The translations under genes and the position numbers were made by a program. This document shows positions 1 through 9,492 of a DNA stretch of 64,000 nucleotides, piece by piece. The stretch spans positions 608,001-672,000 of the forward strand of contig CAVRGP010000011.1 of the NCBI GenBank assembly GCA_963720755.1, in the 5' to 3' direction. The notes beneath the pieces are model-generated. The model saw nothing but the letters and a program-made list of their open reading frames with translations, was not told the DNA's origin and did not search any database. How positions within the stretch are numbered: position 1 is the stretch's first letter; the number at the start of each line of letters is the position of its first letter. This DNA comes from an uncultured Chloroflexia bacterium (lineage in GTDB: Bacteria > Chloroflexota > Limnocylindria > Limnocylindrales > CSP1-4).

Positions 1-485
1 AGGGCCACGATGCCCCCCGACAGGAGCGCCCCGAATGCGATGGCCAGGCTCAGCACCGTGCTTCCGGCGCTCAGGCCCTTCTCGATCTCGTTGTCGGGAT
101 CGGCGACCAGGGTCGCATCGACATACCACGCCTCGAGCGGCCCGCTGTCGAGTGCCCGGTAGACGCCCATCAGCGCCATGGCCGCCGCGAACAGCCCGAC
201 CGAGTCGGCGCTGTAGAACAGGCCGAGCGAGAGCAGCCCGATGACGTTCGCCAGGATCAGGACGGGCCGGCGCCCGAGCGCGTCCGACAGGCCGCCGGTC
301 GGCAGTTCGAGGAAGAGGACGACGAGGCCCTGGATGCTGAAGACCAGGCCGATCTCGGTCAGCGACAGGCCGCGTGACAGCGCCAGGAGGACCATGACCG
401 GGATCAGGAGGCCCGTCGACAGCCAGCGCAGGGCGACGAGGACGAGGTAGCGGCGGCGGGCGGCGCGGACGTCGAGCGTGGTCAT
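1..485 (-). CDS. MFS transporter (partial, runs off window)
   Basis: Manual translation from ATG 485 (ATGA overlap with upstream stop): MTTLDVRAARRRYLVLVALRWLSTG...ELPTGGLSDALGRRPVL (MFS motif A), hydrophobic. Confidence 0.85.
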   Translation of the reverse strand, partial: MTTLDVRAARRRYLVLVALRWLSTGLLIPVMVLLALSRGLSLTEIGLVFSIQGLVVLFLELPTGGLSDALGRRPVLILANVIGLLSLGLFYSADSVGLFAAAMALMGVYRALDSGPLEAWYVDATLVADPDNEIEKGLSAGSTVLSLAIAFGALLSGGIVA

Positions 486-1081
486 CGTGGTCGCGCGTCC
501 ATCGGGAACGCGAAGACGTAGACCTGCACACGCTCCTCGTCGGTCGGGACGTCGGTCGGCGTGGTCGCGTCGGGATCGGGCAATTCGCGGTATCGCCCGA
601 TGAGCGCCTCGACCTCGGCGTTGAAAGCGGCGAGCCGAGCCGCCGAGACGTGGAGCGGGTAGTCACTGGAGCCGGCGGCGTCGCGCCACTCGATCGGCCA
701 CGTGCGCTGGACCTCGAGCCAGCCCTCGTAGCCGTCGACGAAGAAGCGCAGGTAGGTCCGGCGGAGCCACGCGGTCGCGGCCTGGCCATCGGGATCATCG
801 ACGACGTCGCTCTCGTCCCACGCGTGCATCTGGGTGGCGGCCTGCCAGCGTCGCTCGCGCCGCTGGCCACCCTCGACCTCTTCGACCAGGCCCACCGACG
901 CGAGCTTGCGCAGGTGGTAGCTCGTGGCCCCGGTATTGGTCTCGAGCGAGCGGGCCAGGTCGGTCGCCGTGGCCGGACCGTCGATGCGGAGGGCCGTGAG
1001 GAGCCGCGCCCGGAGCGGGTGCGCGAGCACCCGGAGGCCGGCCGCGTCGAGGTGGAGGATCGAGGGCTGTTCGGTCGTCAT
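482..1081 (-). CDS. ArsR-like winged-helix transcriptional regulator
   Basis: LAHPLRARLL...ATATDLA...TSYHLRKLA wHTH; TAACAT 6 nt before ATG (leaderless). Confidence 0.85.
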   Translation of the reverse strand: MTTEQPSILHLDAAGLRVLAHPLRARLLTALRIDGPATATDLARSLETNTGATSYHLRKLASVGLVEEVEGGQRRERRWQAATQMHAWDESDVVDDPDGQAATAWLRRTYLRFFVDGYEGWLEVQRTWPIEWRDAAGSSDYPLHVSAARLAAFNAEVEALIGRYRELPDPDATTPTDVPTDEERVQVYVFAFPMDARPR

Positions 1082-1101
1082 GGAGGCATGTTACCAGGCA
1101 C

Positions 1102-1132
1102 ACTTGGTGTGCACAAGTAGTATGCACAAGAC
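1102..1132. promoter_or_regulatory. Putative operator of the wHTH/MFS operon
   Basis: TGCACAAG direct repeat (1110-1117, 1123-1130) plus ACTTG..CAAGT dyad in an AT-richer patch over the predicted -35 region. Confidence 0.45.
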
Positions 1133-1360
1133 TTATGGCACGGATCCAGGGACCGGGATCCGTGCGATGTCGGCCGACGGCACGGGCGTGGCCGGCGCCT
1201 CCGGACTGACGCTGATGACGCCGCGGCCCGACACCCAGGCGAGGAAGACCATCGAGGCGATGATCAGCACCACGAGCGCGATGGAGGCAGCGCGACGGAG
1301 CCGGCTCGGTGGTGTCGTCGGGGGCGGACCGGGATCGTCGAAGTCGAACGATGCGGACAT
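1133..1360 (-). CDS. Small single-TM membrane protein (75 aa)
   Basis: MSASFDFDDPG...RRAASIALVVLIIASMVFLAW; TATCGT 6 nt upstream of ATG 1360. Confidence 0.6.
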   Translation of the reverse strand: MSASFDFDDPGPPPTTPPSRLRRAASIALVVLIIASMVFLAWVSGRGVISVSPEAPATPVPSADIARIPVPGSVP

Positions 1361-1503
1361 GGCGACACGATACGGGACCGGTCGGATTCGATGGTCTCGG
1401 AGGTCTTCAGACATATGCGGCAGTGCCGGATGTTGACGACTCGATGTAGCATCCGCCTCGCGCCGCGCGATCGAGTCGCGGCCCAAGGAGGGCTTCAGCC
1501 ACT

Positions 1504-1821
1504 GTGGCGACACGCAAGCGAAAGACCGTCTACCCCCCGGCGCGGACTGATACCAAGCCGACCCAGCGGCCAGGGGCAGGGCCTGAACCATACGTGCGCC
1601 CGACTGTGGCGACGATCGATCTCACCGCCGGTAGCGGCAGGGCTGGTCTGGCGGTCGGGGATCGGGTCAGGATCTCTGGCGGGGGCCTCTACGCCGGCGA
1701 AGCGGCGGTGATCGAGAAGCTGACGTCCGGCGTCATCCCCGCGGCCCTCGTCCGCACCGAGGCTGGGCGCTCCCGCCAGGTGCGAACGATCGACCTGGAG
1801 CCCATCGCCCGCGACGCCTGA
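1504..1821 (+). CDS. Small KOW/SH3-like domain protein
   Basis: GGAGG SD before GTG; KOW-like motif VGDRVRISGGGLYAGEAAVIE. Confidence 0.65.
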   Translation: MATRKRKTVYPPARTDTKPTQRPGAGPEPYVRPTVATIDLTAGSGRAGLAVGDRVRISGGGLYAGEAAVIEKLTSGVIPAALVRTEAGRSRQVRTIDLEPIARDA

Positions 1822-2083
1822 CCACCCGATCGTACCGGAGGCAGCGGTACCTTCGGACCGTGGCTGTCTCGTGGCCCGGATGGCACTTTTTCGGCAGACG
1901 ATCACGGGCCTAATGGACGGACCGGCTTGGGCCTGGGCGATCGTCGCCGGAGGTTCTTGATGGGTGGAGCACGGTCATCCGTAGGTCGTGGATCGGACGG
2001 GTGGGCGTGGAAAACCCATTGACGATGAGTGATGCTCCTCCTCCGACGAGGCAGGTGGCGTTTCCGGATCCACGGCGTCCCCT

Positions 2084-3490
2084 GTGACGGATCAGGGACA
2101 GCTCTCGGCCGACGGATGGGATGACGCCATCACGCTCCGGCACGGTGCGAGCCACTCGACCACCCTTCTGTTCGTGTTCACCGGGGTCGAGATCATCGCG
2201 GGCCTGGTCGCTCTCTTCTGGGCATCGTTCGCGTTCGACATCTGGCCAGGGATCTCGCTGACATTGGCGGGCGGCAGCGAGGGGATCCTCCTCGGCCTGG
2301 TCTTCTGGATCCTCCTCGGCCTGCTCGGTGGGATGCGGGTCCAGCATCTGCACGGATACGGCGTCCTGACCTTCCACCTGCCGTTCATCATCGCGGCCAC
2401 GGCCCTCGGCGGCCCGGCGGCCGGAGGCTGGGTGGCGATGATCTCGACGATCGAGACCCGGGAGATCCGCGAAGTCCCGTGGTACGGCACGTTCGCCAAT
2501 CACGCTGCGATGGCGCTGTCGGCCGTTGTCGCCGGCGTCGTCTTCGATGTCGTCAGGAACCACGCACTGGTGACGGTGACGGACCAGCCCCAGGCCGTCG
2601 AATTGATCGCGATCGTGCTCGCAACGTTTGTCATGGCCGGGCTGTCCTCGGGCCTGGCCACGGTGACCCGGATGCTCCGCGACGGCCTGACCCTGCACCA
2701 GGCGACCAGGCTCATGGACACGGCCTTCCGCGCGACGTCGGCCAGTGAGATGATCCTGGGTTGGGTGTTGATCATCGCCTACAGCACGATCGGCTGGTGG
2801 GCGGCGTTGCTGTGCTCGTCGCTCGTGCTCATCATCTGGCAGGCGCATGACTACAGGGAGATGGTCAGACACGATGAGATGACCGGCCTGCTCAGTCGTT
2901 CGGGGTTCGACGCCCGCCTCGAGGAGGTAGCACAGCGGATCCATCGCGGGGGCGGCCGGGCCGCGCTGCTGGCGATCGATCTGGACGGGTTCAAGGCGGT
3001 CAACGACACCTTCGGCCACGAGACCGGCGACGACGTGATCCGGGAGGTCGGCAGGCGACTGCGCGACTCCGGTCGATTGACCGACTCCGCGGTCCGTCGA
3101 GGTGGCGACGAGTTCGGCGTCCTGCTTGCCGGCGTCTCCGATGCCGCGGCAGCGGAACATCTGGCGACTCGGATCTGGGAGCAGCTGTGCGAGCCGATCG
3201 ACACTGGCGCCGGCGAACTTTCGGTCGGAGCGTCCGTGGGGGTGACCCTGATCGAAGCCGGCGGTCCCTTGTTGACCGTAGACCGGCTCCATGCCCTCGC
3301 GGATCGTCAGATGTACCTGGCCAAGGACGGAGGCGGGGGCGTGCGCATCCAGCAGCCAGGGACCGCCCAGCCGGCGATGTCGCGAAGACCCGCAAGCCGC
3401 GGTCGGCCGGCCAAGCGCAAACGGAAGGTATCTGCGACGTCCGAACCCTCCGCGTCAGCGGTCACCCGTCGGGCCGAGGGTTCCAACTGA
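2084..3490 (+). CDS. Membrane-anchored diguanylate cyclase (multi-TM sensor + GGDEF)
   Basis: Several TM segments, DLDGFKAVNDTFGH, RLTD I-site and intact GGDEF. Confidence 0.9.
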   Translation: MTDQGQLSADGWDDAITLRHGASHSTTLLFVFTGVEIIAGLVALFWASFAFDIWPGISLTLAGGSEGILLGLVFWILLGLLGGMRVQHLHGYGVLTFHLPFIIAATALGGPAAGGWVAMISTIETREIREVPWYGTFANHAAMALSAVVAGVVFDVVRNHALVTVTDQPQAVELIAIVLATFVMAGLSSGLATVTRMLRDGLTLHQATRLMDTAFRATSASEMILGWVLIIAYSTIGWWAALLCSSLVLIIWQAHDYREMVRHDEMTGLLSRSGFDARLEEVAQRIHRGGGRAALLAIDLDGFKAVNDTFGHETGDDVIREVGRRLRDSGRLTDSAVRRGGDEFGVLLAGVSDAAAAEHLATRIWEQLCEPIDTGAGELSVGASVGVTLIEAGGPLLTVDRLHALADRQMYLAKDGGGGVRIQQPGTAQPAMSRRPASRGRPAKRKRKVSATSEPSASAVTRRAEGSN

Positions 3491-3505
3491 CGGTATCCTG
3501 ACGCG

Positions 3506-4333
3506 ATGCCGAATACCTTCGTCGACGTCCCGGGTGGCCGCCTCATGGTCGCGGAGGAGGGGACCGGACCGCCGATCGTCCTGCTCCACGCGGGCGTCGC
3601 CGACCTTCGCGCCTGGGACGACATGGCGCCGCTTCTCGCAGAGGCGGGATACCGGGTCGTCCGATACGACGCCCGCGGGTTCGGTGGATCCACGTCCGAG
3701 GACGTCGCCTTCTCGCCTCGAGCCGACCTGCTCGCGGTGCTCGAGGCTGTCGGCGTCGGTCGGGCCGCCCTGGTCGGGAATTCCCTCGGCGGCATGGTCG
3801 CGTTCGATACCGCGATCGAATCGCCAGACCGGGTCATCGGCGTCGTCGGCGTCGGTGCCGGCCTGGGCGGCTTCGAGACCGGGCCGTCACCCGAGGAGCA
3901 GGCCATCGTCGAGGAGTACGAGCGGGTCGACGAGGCAGAGCCCTTCGATGCCGCCGCCCTGACCGAGTTCGAAGTCCAGGTCTGGGGCAACGGTCCGGGC
4001 CAGCCGCCCGATCGCCTCGCCCCGGCGATCCGCCAGAAACTGTTTGAGATGGGCCTGCCCCTCAATCAGCCCGGCCGGGTGTCCGGTCAAAGGGTCGACC
4101 TCGACCCACCGGCCGAGGCGCGACTCGGAGACCTGCGATGCCCGGTCCTCGCGGTAGCCGGCCGGCTGGACTTCGACGAGGTCGTCGCCACGGCGCAACA
4201 CCTCGAGGGCGACGCTCCGAATGCGCGCGCGCTGATCTGGGACGACGTCGCCCATATGGTCGGGATGGAGCAGCCGGAGCGCCTTGCGGCGGCGATCGTC
4301 GACTTCCTTCGCCCGCTCGGCAGCTGGGCCTGA
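3506..4333 (+). CDS. Alpha/beta hydrolase
   Basis: GNSLGG nucleophile elbow, YDARGFG, C-terminal AH catalytic His. Confidence 0.9.
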   Translation: MPNTFVDVPGGRLMVAEEGTGPPIVLLHAGVADLRAWDDMAPLLAEAGYRVVRYDARGFGGSTSEDVAFSPRADLLAVLEAVGVGRAALVGNSLGGMVAFDTAIESPDRVIGVVGVGAGLGGFETGPSPEEQAIVEEYERVDEAEPFDAAALTEFEVQVWGNGPGQPPDRLAPAIRQKLFEMGLPLNQPGRVSGQRVDLDPPAEARLGDLRCPVLAVAGRLDFDEVVATAQHLEGDAPNARALIWDDVAHMVGMEQPERLAAAIVDFLRPLGSWA

Positions 4334-4363
4334 CGGGAAGGTCGCGGGCGATCGCCGGTCCGG

Positions 4364-4678
4364 CTACATCATCTGGTGCACTTCGGCCAGCTCGATGTCG
4401 GAGCCGCCGTCGAGGACAGGGCAGCGTTTCGCCAGCTCCACGGCGGACTCGAGATCGTCTGCCTGGATGATGACGTAGCCGTTGACCGTTCGGCCGTCAC
4501 CGGACCCGACCGTTCGATCCGGGGCGATCGTCCGCTCGACCGAGAGCGGGTTCCCTCGGTCGACCACCGCGGCACCGAGGTCCGCGTACCAGTCCGTCCA
4601 GGCCTGCATGAACTTGGCCCCGGCCTCGGGGCTCTCGGGCATGCTGCCGCCGTGACTCAGGATCAGGAAGTTCGCCAT
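4364..4678 (-). CDS. YciI family protein
   Basis: WTDWYADLG...GNPL...GYVIIQADDLESAVELAKRCP; GGAGG SD. Confidence 0.8.
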   Translation of the reverse strand: MANFLILSHGGSMPESPEAGAKFMQAWTDWYADLGAAVVDRGNPLSVERTIAPDRTVGSGDGRTVNGYVIIQADDLESAVELAKRCPVLDGGSDIELAEVHQMM

Positions 4679-4978
4679 GATCGGCCTCCGATCTACGGAC
4701 GCGCCAGCGGCGGTCTGCCGATGAGCCGCGCCATCCGACAGGACGACGAACGACGTTGTGCGAATCGACAGGATGTGACCGAACTTCTCAGTATCTTCTC
4801 AGGGTTCGGGCCCAATATCGGACATGTTCTCTCCTCCCAGCGAACGAACGCCGAAGGCTCCGGATCATGGTGACGATCTCCTCCCTGTCGCCAGCGATCG
4901 GCCGCCTTGCGGCGTTCGTTGTTTCATGGGCGGAACGGTCCGCTTGACCGGGATCGCTGCCTCCACCACGCTACCGTC

Positions 4979-6199
4979 ATGACCCGACGGCCTCTGCTCG
5001 GCGTCGGTGTCGTCGCCGTCGCACTTACCGCCATCATCGGCTTCAACCTCGCATCGACGCCCGATCCGAAGGGGCCTGGGCCGACAGCGACGCCCGCGGG
5101 GAGTCCAGCGGCCATCCTGGAGCCGACCCCGCGACCCACACCCCGGCCGGACCCTGGCCACGAGCTGTATGGGTTCGTCCCGTACTGGGAGATGACGCCA
5201 GGGATCGCCGAGGATCTCCGAGCGGCCTCCCTGACCACGGTCGCCCTGTTCTCCGTCACCAACACGAAGAAGGGCGCGATCAATACGTCCCAGAACGGCT
5301 ACAAGCTGATCACCGGGCCACTCGGCCGGCAGCTGATCCGGGAGGCGCACGATCGAGGATCTACCGTCCAACTCGTCTACACGAGCTTCGGGACGGCGCG
5401 CAATGAGCGTCTGTTCACCGACCCGGCCCTTCAGGATTCGACTATCGCGTCACTCGTGGCGCTGGTCGGGGACCTTGGTGTCGATGGCGTGAACGTGGAT
5501 GTCGAGCAGGTGCGAGCAGACGTCATCCCCGCATACGGCCAGTTCGTGGCCGGCCTGCGCGAAGCCCTCCGGGCGGTCGACCCGACGGCCCAGGTATCGG
5601 TGGCGACCGGCGCCGGGCGGACCGGGGCGGCGATGGCCCTGGCCGCATCCACGGCCGAGGCCGATCGGATCTTCTTGATGGGATACGACTACCACTACGG
5701 GACCGGCGATGTCGGCGCTTCGGCGCCGATGGATCGTCGCGACGGCGCGGATGCCGACCTGGTCTGGTCGCTCGACCTGTACGAGGCGCTCGGTGTGCCT
5801 GTCGAGCGGACGCTCCTGGGCCTGCCGCTGTACGGCTATCGGTGGCGCGTGACCGGACCAGAGATCGGCGCGCCCAGGCTCGGGAACGGGGTCGATTGGG
5901 TGCCGGGGGACAACCCCAACTTCCTTGCGAACCCGCCGATCCCGGCCGAACTCGACCCGATCGAGGTCGTCGAGTTCTACGCCGTGCCGCCGACGGTCAG
6001 CCCGAAGCCAGGTGATTCGCGGGCGACGGCCGGATGGCAGGCGATCTACGTCAATTCGCCGCGCACCCTCGCCCCGAAGCTTGCCCTAGCCGACGATCGC
6101 GGACTCGCCGGGGCCGGCTTCTGGGCGATGGGCTACGAACGCGGGTTGCCCGGCTATCCGGAGCTCTTCAGCAGTTTCGCCGCGGGCACGCTCAAGTAG
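4979..6199 (+). CDS. Secreted/anchored glycoside hydrolase family 18
   Basis: N-terminal signal/TM, Pro-rich linker, DGVNVDVE catalytic motif, MGYDY, LGLPLYG, GAGFWAMG. Confidence 0.85.
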   Translation: MTRRPLLGVGVVAVALTAIIGFNLASTPDPKGPGPTATPAGSPAAILEPTPRPTPRPDPGHELYGFVPYWEMTPGIAEDLRAASLTTVALFSVTNTKKGAINTSQNGYKLITGPLGRQLIREAHDRGSTVQLVYTSFGTARNERLFTDPALQDSTIASLVALVGDLGVDGVNVDVEQVRADVIPAYGQFVAGLREALRAVDPTAQVSVATGAGRTGAAMALAASTAEADRIFLMGYDYHYGTGDVGASAPMDRRDGADADLVWSLDLYEALGVPVERTLLGLPLYGYRWRVTGPEIGAPRLGNGVDWVPGDNPNFLANPPIPAELDPIEVVEFYAVPPTVSPKPGDSRATAGWQAIYVNSPRTLAPKLALADDRGLAGAGFWAMGYERGLPGYPELFSSFAAGTLK

Positions 6200-7298
6200 C
6201 GACGGGTCGCGCGATCACGACGTCGGGGTCGAGCCCCGCTGCGATGAAGGCCAGGAGGCGAGTGCCTTCCTCGTCCAGGTCCACGCGCTCCCGATCCGGG
6301 ATCGGCGCGAAGGGTTCGATGGTCAGGGTCGCGGCGGAAGTCCCGATCCGTGTCCGCCAGATGCCCGCCAGCATCCCGTCGACGAGGACGGTGCCTTGTT
6401 TCGCGCCATTGCCTGGGAGCAGCGGGATCGACCGCCCCGGCGGGATGATCCTGGAACGGTCCGCATGGCCGATCAGGATGTTGTCGTATTCCGGCAGGAA
6501 GCGGATCGGCACGGGCGTGTCGGGATCCGGTCGCGGGGCGTCGGGCAGGTCGAACACCTCCCGGCCGCGATCGTCCTGGAACGTGATCAGGCTCGGCCGC
6601 AGACGTTCGAACACGTCGCGAAGGCGGGTCATCCCGGACCAGGCCTGGGCGTCGCGTACGGTCGCCGGGCCGAAGGCTCCGAGGTAGCGCAGGACGATGG
6701 CATCCGGTGATGGGTCTTGCTCCAGGCCCCGGCCGAGCCACGACGTCATCGGCGCTCGAGCGGCTGGCCCCGACGTACCCCAGACGCCGCGTGGCGGAAC
6801 CTGGACGAGCGGGCTGAGGTAGGCGACGGCTGTGGCCATCGACGCCGGATCGTACGACGGCCATCGGCGGGAAAGCTCACGACCGAGCTCGACGTTGGTC
6901 CGCGGCCGCTCGTCCAGGAGGTCCCGGCCGGCGCTGACGAGCTGCTCCAGGTCGATCCCGGCGATCTGCCGTGCGAACGGGCTGCTTGCGAACCCGCGCC
7001 TGACGACCGGCTCGATCCAGGGACGGAGCGCGAGGGCATCGCCCGCCGTGACCAGGTGGACCGTGGCGCGCATGAGCGTGGCCCGAACGACGGTTCGCTC
7101 GACGAGCGTCGTCGCCAGTGTGTCTGGGTCGAAGGCATGCAGCCTTGACCAAAGCCCGACATAGGGCGCCAGTGGTGCCTGCGACTGCAGGCCGACGAGA
7201 CGCTCGATGGCGGTCACGGTCGAGACCGTGTGCCGCTCGATCAACATCTGTCGGGCAAGCAGCGCCCGATCGAGGGCGCGCGGACTCAATACCGTCAT
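6192..7298 (-). CDS. HTH_42 / AlkZ-like DNA glycosylase
   Basis: GLQSQ (QxQ), MRATVHLV, RYLGAFGPAT, FLPEYDN motifs. Confidence 0.85.
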   Translation of the reverse strand: MTVLSPRALDRALLARQMLIERHTVSTVTAIERLVGLQSQAPLAPYVGLWSRLHAFDPDTLATTLVERTVVRATLMRATVHLVTAGDALALRPWIEPVVRRGFASSPFARQIAGIDLEQLVSAGRDLLDERPRTNVELGRELSRRWPSYDPASMATAVAYLSPLVQVPPRGVWGTSGPAARAPMTSWLGRGLEQDPSPDAIVLRYLGAFGPATVRDAQAWSGMTRLRDVFERLRPSLITFQDDRGREVFDLPDAPRPDPDTPVPIRFLPEYDNILIGHADRSRIIPPGRSIPLLPGNGAKQGTVLVDGMLAGIWRTRIGTSAATLTIEPFAPIPDRERVDLDEEGTRLLAFIAAGLDPDVVIARPVAT

Positions 7299-7328
7299 TG
7301 GGGGTGTCGGGGTCGACGGGTGCCGCGC

Positions 7329-7733
7329 TCAGGGCAGCGGCGACGTCACGCCGGGCGGTTTCGGCTGGATGATCGACAGGGCGTTCCCGCTCGGGTCGAT
7401 GAACCATGCCGCCCAGGCGAAGCCCATGTCGGCGACCCCGTCCGTGGTCTTCGGGTCTGGTTCCTCGTACTCCTCGATCCGGACGCCGCGCGCCCGAAGG
7501 TCCGCGATCTCGGCCCGGATATCCGACACGCGCCAGGCGAGCTGGGTCTGACTGTCGGCCGTCCCGACCGTCGATCGGGTCACGCTGATCTGCGAGCCAC
7601 CGCCACATCGGAAGATGACGCGCTCCTCGTCCTCTCGGAGGATCTCGAGGCCGAGCGCGTCGCGGTACCACAGCCGGTCCCGGTCGAGGTCCCTGGAGAG
7701 GAGGATGGGGAAGACGAGATGATCGGCGAGCAT
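7329..7733 (-). CDS. VOC/glyoxalase family protein
   Basis: WYRDALGL...AAWFIDPSGNALSI. Confidence 0.85.
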   Translation of the reverse strand: MLADHLVFPILLSRDLDRDRLWYRDALGLEILREDEERVIFRCGGGSQISVTRSTVGTADSQTQLAWRVSDIRAEIADLRARGVRIEEYEEPDPKTTDGVADMGFAWAAWFIDPSGNALSIIQPKPPGVTSPLP

Positions 7734-7867
7734 CGGCGGGACTCCTCTGGTCGGATCGGAAGCGATCGACGCAAGTCTGGCCCACCTTGGGTCGCGGCGT
7801 CGTCCTCTCTGCCGTCGTCTAAGCTGGCGACGTCAACTAGGCCCCGTTGACTCTGGGGGTAGACCAG

Positions 7868-8263
7868 ATGGGCGAACGACGGAACGTCAAGGACTTGCTC
7901 GCGGCGTCACGCTCGAAGATCGAGCGACTCGATCCGGACGCCGTGCTCCCTGCCACGCGAGCAGGCGCGATCGTCATCGATACGCGGTGCGCCGAACAAC
8001 GACGGGAGACGGGCGTCATCCCCGGCTCGATCCACGTCCCGCTGTCCGTCCTGTTCTGGCGACTCGATCCGGCGTCAGGCTTCGAGGACGAGCGGCTCGC
8101 CGATCTCGATCGGCAGGTCATCCTGGTTTGCGCGCATGGCTATTCGTCCAGCATCGCCGCCGCCACGCTCCACGACCTCGGGTTCGCCCGAGCCTCGGAC
8201 CTCGACGGTGGCTTCGAGGCGTGGCAGGCCGCCGGCCTGCCGATCGAGGCGGCCGCTGACTGA
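7868..8263 (+). CDS. Rhodanese-like domain protein
   Basis: IDTR...IPGS...CAHGYSS...DLDGGFEAWQAAGLP. Confidence 0.85.
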   Translation: MGERRNVKDLLAASRSKIERLDPDAVLPATRAGAIVIDTRCAEQRRETGVIPGSIHVPLSVLFWRLDPASGFEDERLADLDRQVILVCAHGYSSSIAAATLHDLGFARASDLDGGFEAWQAAGLPIEAAAD

Positions 8264-8271
8264 CCCGGGCA

Positions 8272-9492
8272 TCAGGTTCTGACGAGGGTCTCCCGCATCC
8301 TGACCAGGACGAGAACGCCCGATCCGGCGGTCAAGGCCGCGACGGCGACGATCGCCGCCGGCATACCGAAACGATCGGCGAGCAGGCCCGCCATGAGCGC
8401 TCCGAACGCGAACCCAAGATCGCGCCAGAGCCGGTAGACGCCGATCGCCGAACCGCGCCAGGCGGGGTCGGCGGCGTCGGCGACGGCCGCCAGCAGCGTC
8501 GGGTAGACCATCGCCGTCCCGAGCCCGAGGGCCGCCGATGCGACCAGCCAGACCGCGAACGTCGACCCAAGGGCGATGACCGCGATCGCACAGGCCTGGA
8601 GAAGCATCCCCCCGACGATGAGCGGCTTGCGTCCGATTCGATCCGACAGGCCCCCGGTCCCGACCTGGGCGACCGCCCAGACGGCTGGATAGACGGCCGC
8701 AAGGACGCCTACCTCCCCGATGGACAGGCCCGCGGCGACGTAATAGAGCGGGAGGAGGCCCCAGGCCATCCCGTCGTTGAGGTTGTTGACCAGGCCGGCC
8801 TGCGAGGCGGCCGAGAGACTTCGGTCGTGGAGTGTCGTCCTCCAGAAGACGTCGCGCCACGGCGGGGCGTCCGGACGATCGATCATCCGCTGCTCGAGTT
8901 CGACGTGAGCGCGGGTCTCGTGGATGAGGAACACGGACATGCCCAGGCCGAGGATGGCGTAGGCGAGTCCGAGGAGGAAGGGCCCTGGTCGGAGGCCGTA
9001 CTCGGCCGCGATCCATCCCGTGGCCAGCGCCGTCAACGCGACCGCGCCGTAGCCGGCGGCCTCGTTGAGACCCGTGGCCAGGCCGCGTCGGACCGGGCCG
9101 ACGAGGTCGATCTTCATGATCACGGTCGTGGACCAGGTCAGCCCCTGGTTGATGCCGAGCAGCACGTTCGCCACGATCACCCACGACCATGCCGGCGCAA
9201 GGATGATCAGGAGCGGCACCGGAAGCCCGACGAGCCATCCGGAGACGAGGACCGGCTTGCGGCCGAACCGGTCGGCGAGTGCCCCAGCCGCGAGGTTCGT
9301 GAAGGCCTTGGCGATCCCGAACGCGACGACGAACGTGAGTGCGGCTGTGAACCCCGTGAGCCCGAAGACATCCGTCGCGAGGAGCGGGCCGACGGTGCGC
9401 TCCTGGCCGATCATCCCGCCGACCAGGGCGTTCACGACGAGGAGCAGGGCGAACTGGCGGGCGTTGGCGCGCAGCCCCAGGACGACGCTCAC
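8272..9492 (-). CDS. MFS transporter
   Basis: GALADRFGRKPVL and GGLSDRIGRKPLI motif A copies; about 12 TM. Confidence 0.9.
   Translation of the reverse strand: MSVVLGLRANARQFALLLVVNALVGGMIGQERTVGPLLATDVFGLTGFTAALTFVVAFGIAKAFTNLAAGALADRFGRKPVLVSGWLVGLPVPLLIILAPAWSWVIVANVLLGINQGLTWSTTVIMKIDLVGPVRRGLATGLNEAAGYGAVALTALATGWIAAEYGLRPGPFLLGLAYAILGLGMSVFLIHETRAHVELEQRMIDRPDAPPWRDVFWRTTLHDRSLSAASQAGLVNNLNDGMAWGLLPLYYVAAGLSIGEVGVLAAVYPAVWAVAQVGTGGLSDRIGRKPLIVGGMLLQACAIAVIALGSTFAVWLVASAALGLGTAMVYPTLLAAVADAADPAWRGSAIGVYRLWRDLGFAFGALMAGLLADRFGMPAAIVAVAALTAGSGVLVLVRMRETLVRT

Noticed and set aside
1838-1935. Hairpin with a TTCG loop and 'GGGCCTAA' suggesting a c-di-GMP riboswitch before the cyclase
   Set aside because: GEMM P1/GNRA core not recognisable; more likely a terminator-like stem of the KOW gene; needs an Infernal search
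4678-4825. Selenocysteine or read-through extension of yciI from ATG 4825 across an in-frame TGA
   Set aside because: yciI has its own SD and a normal length; no SECIS-like stem evident
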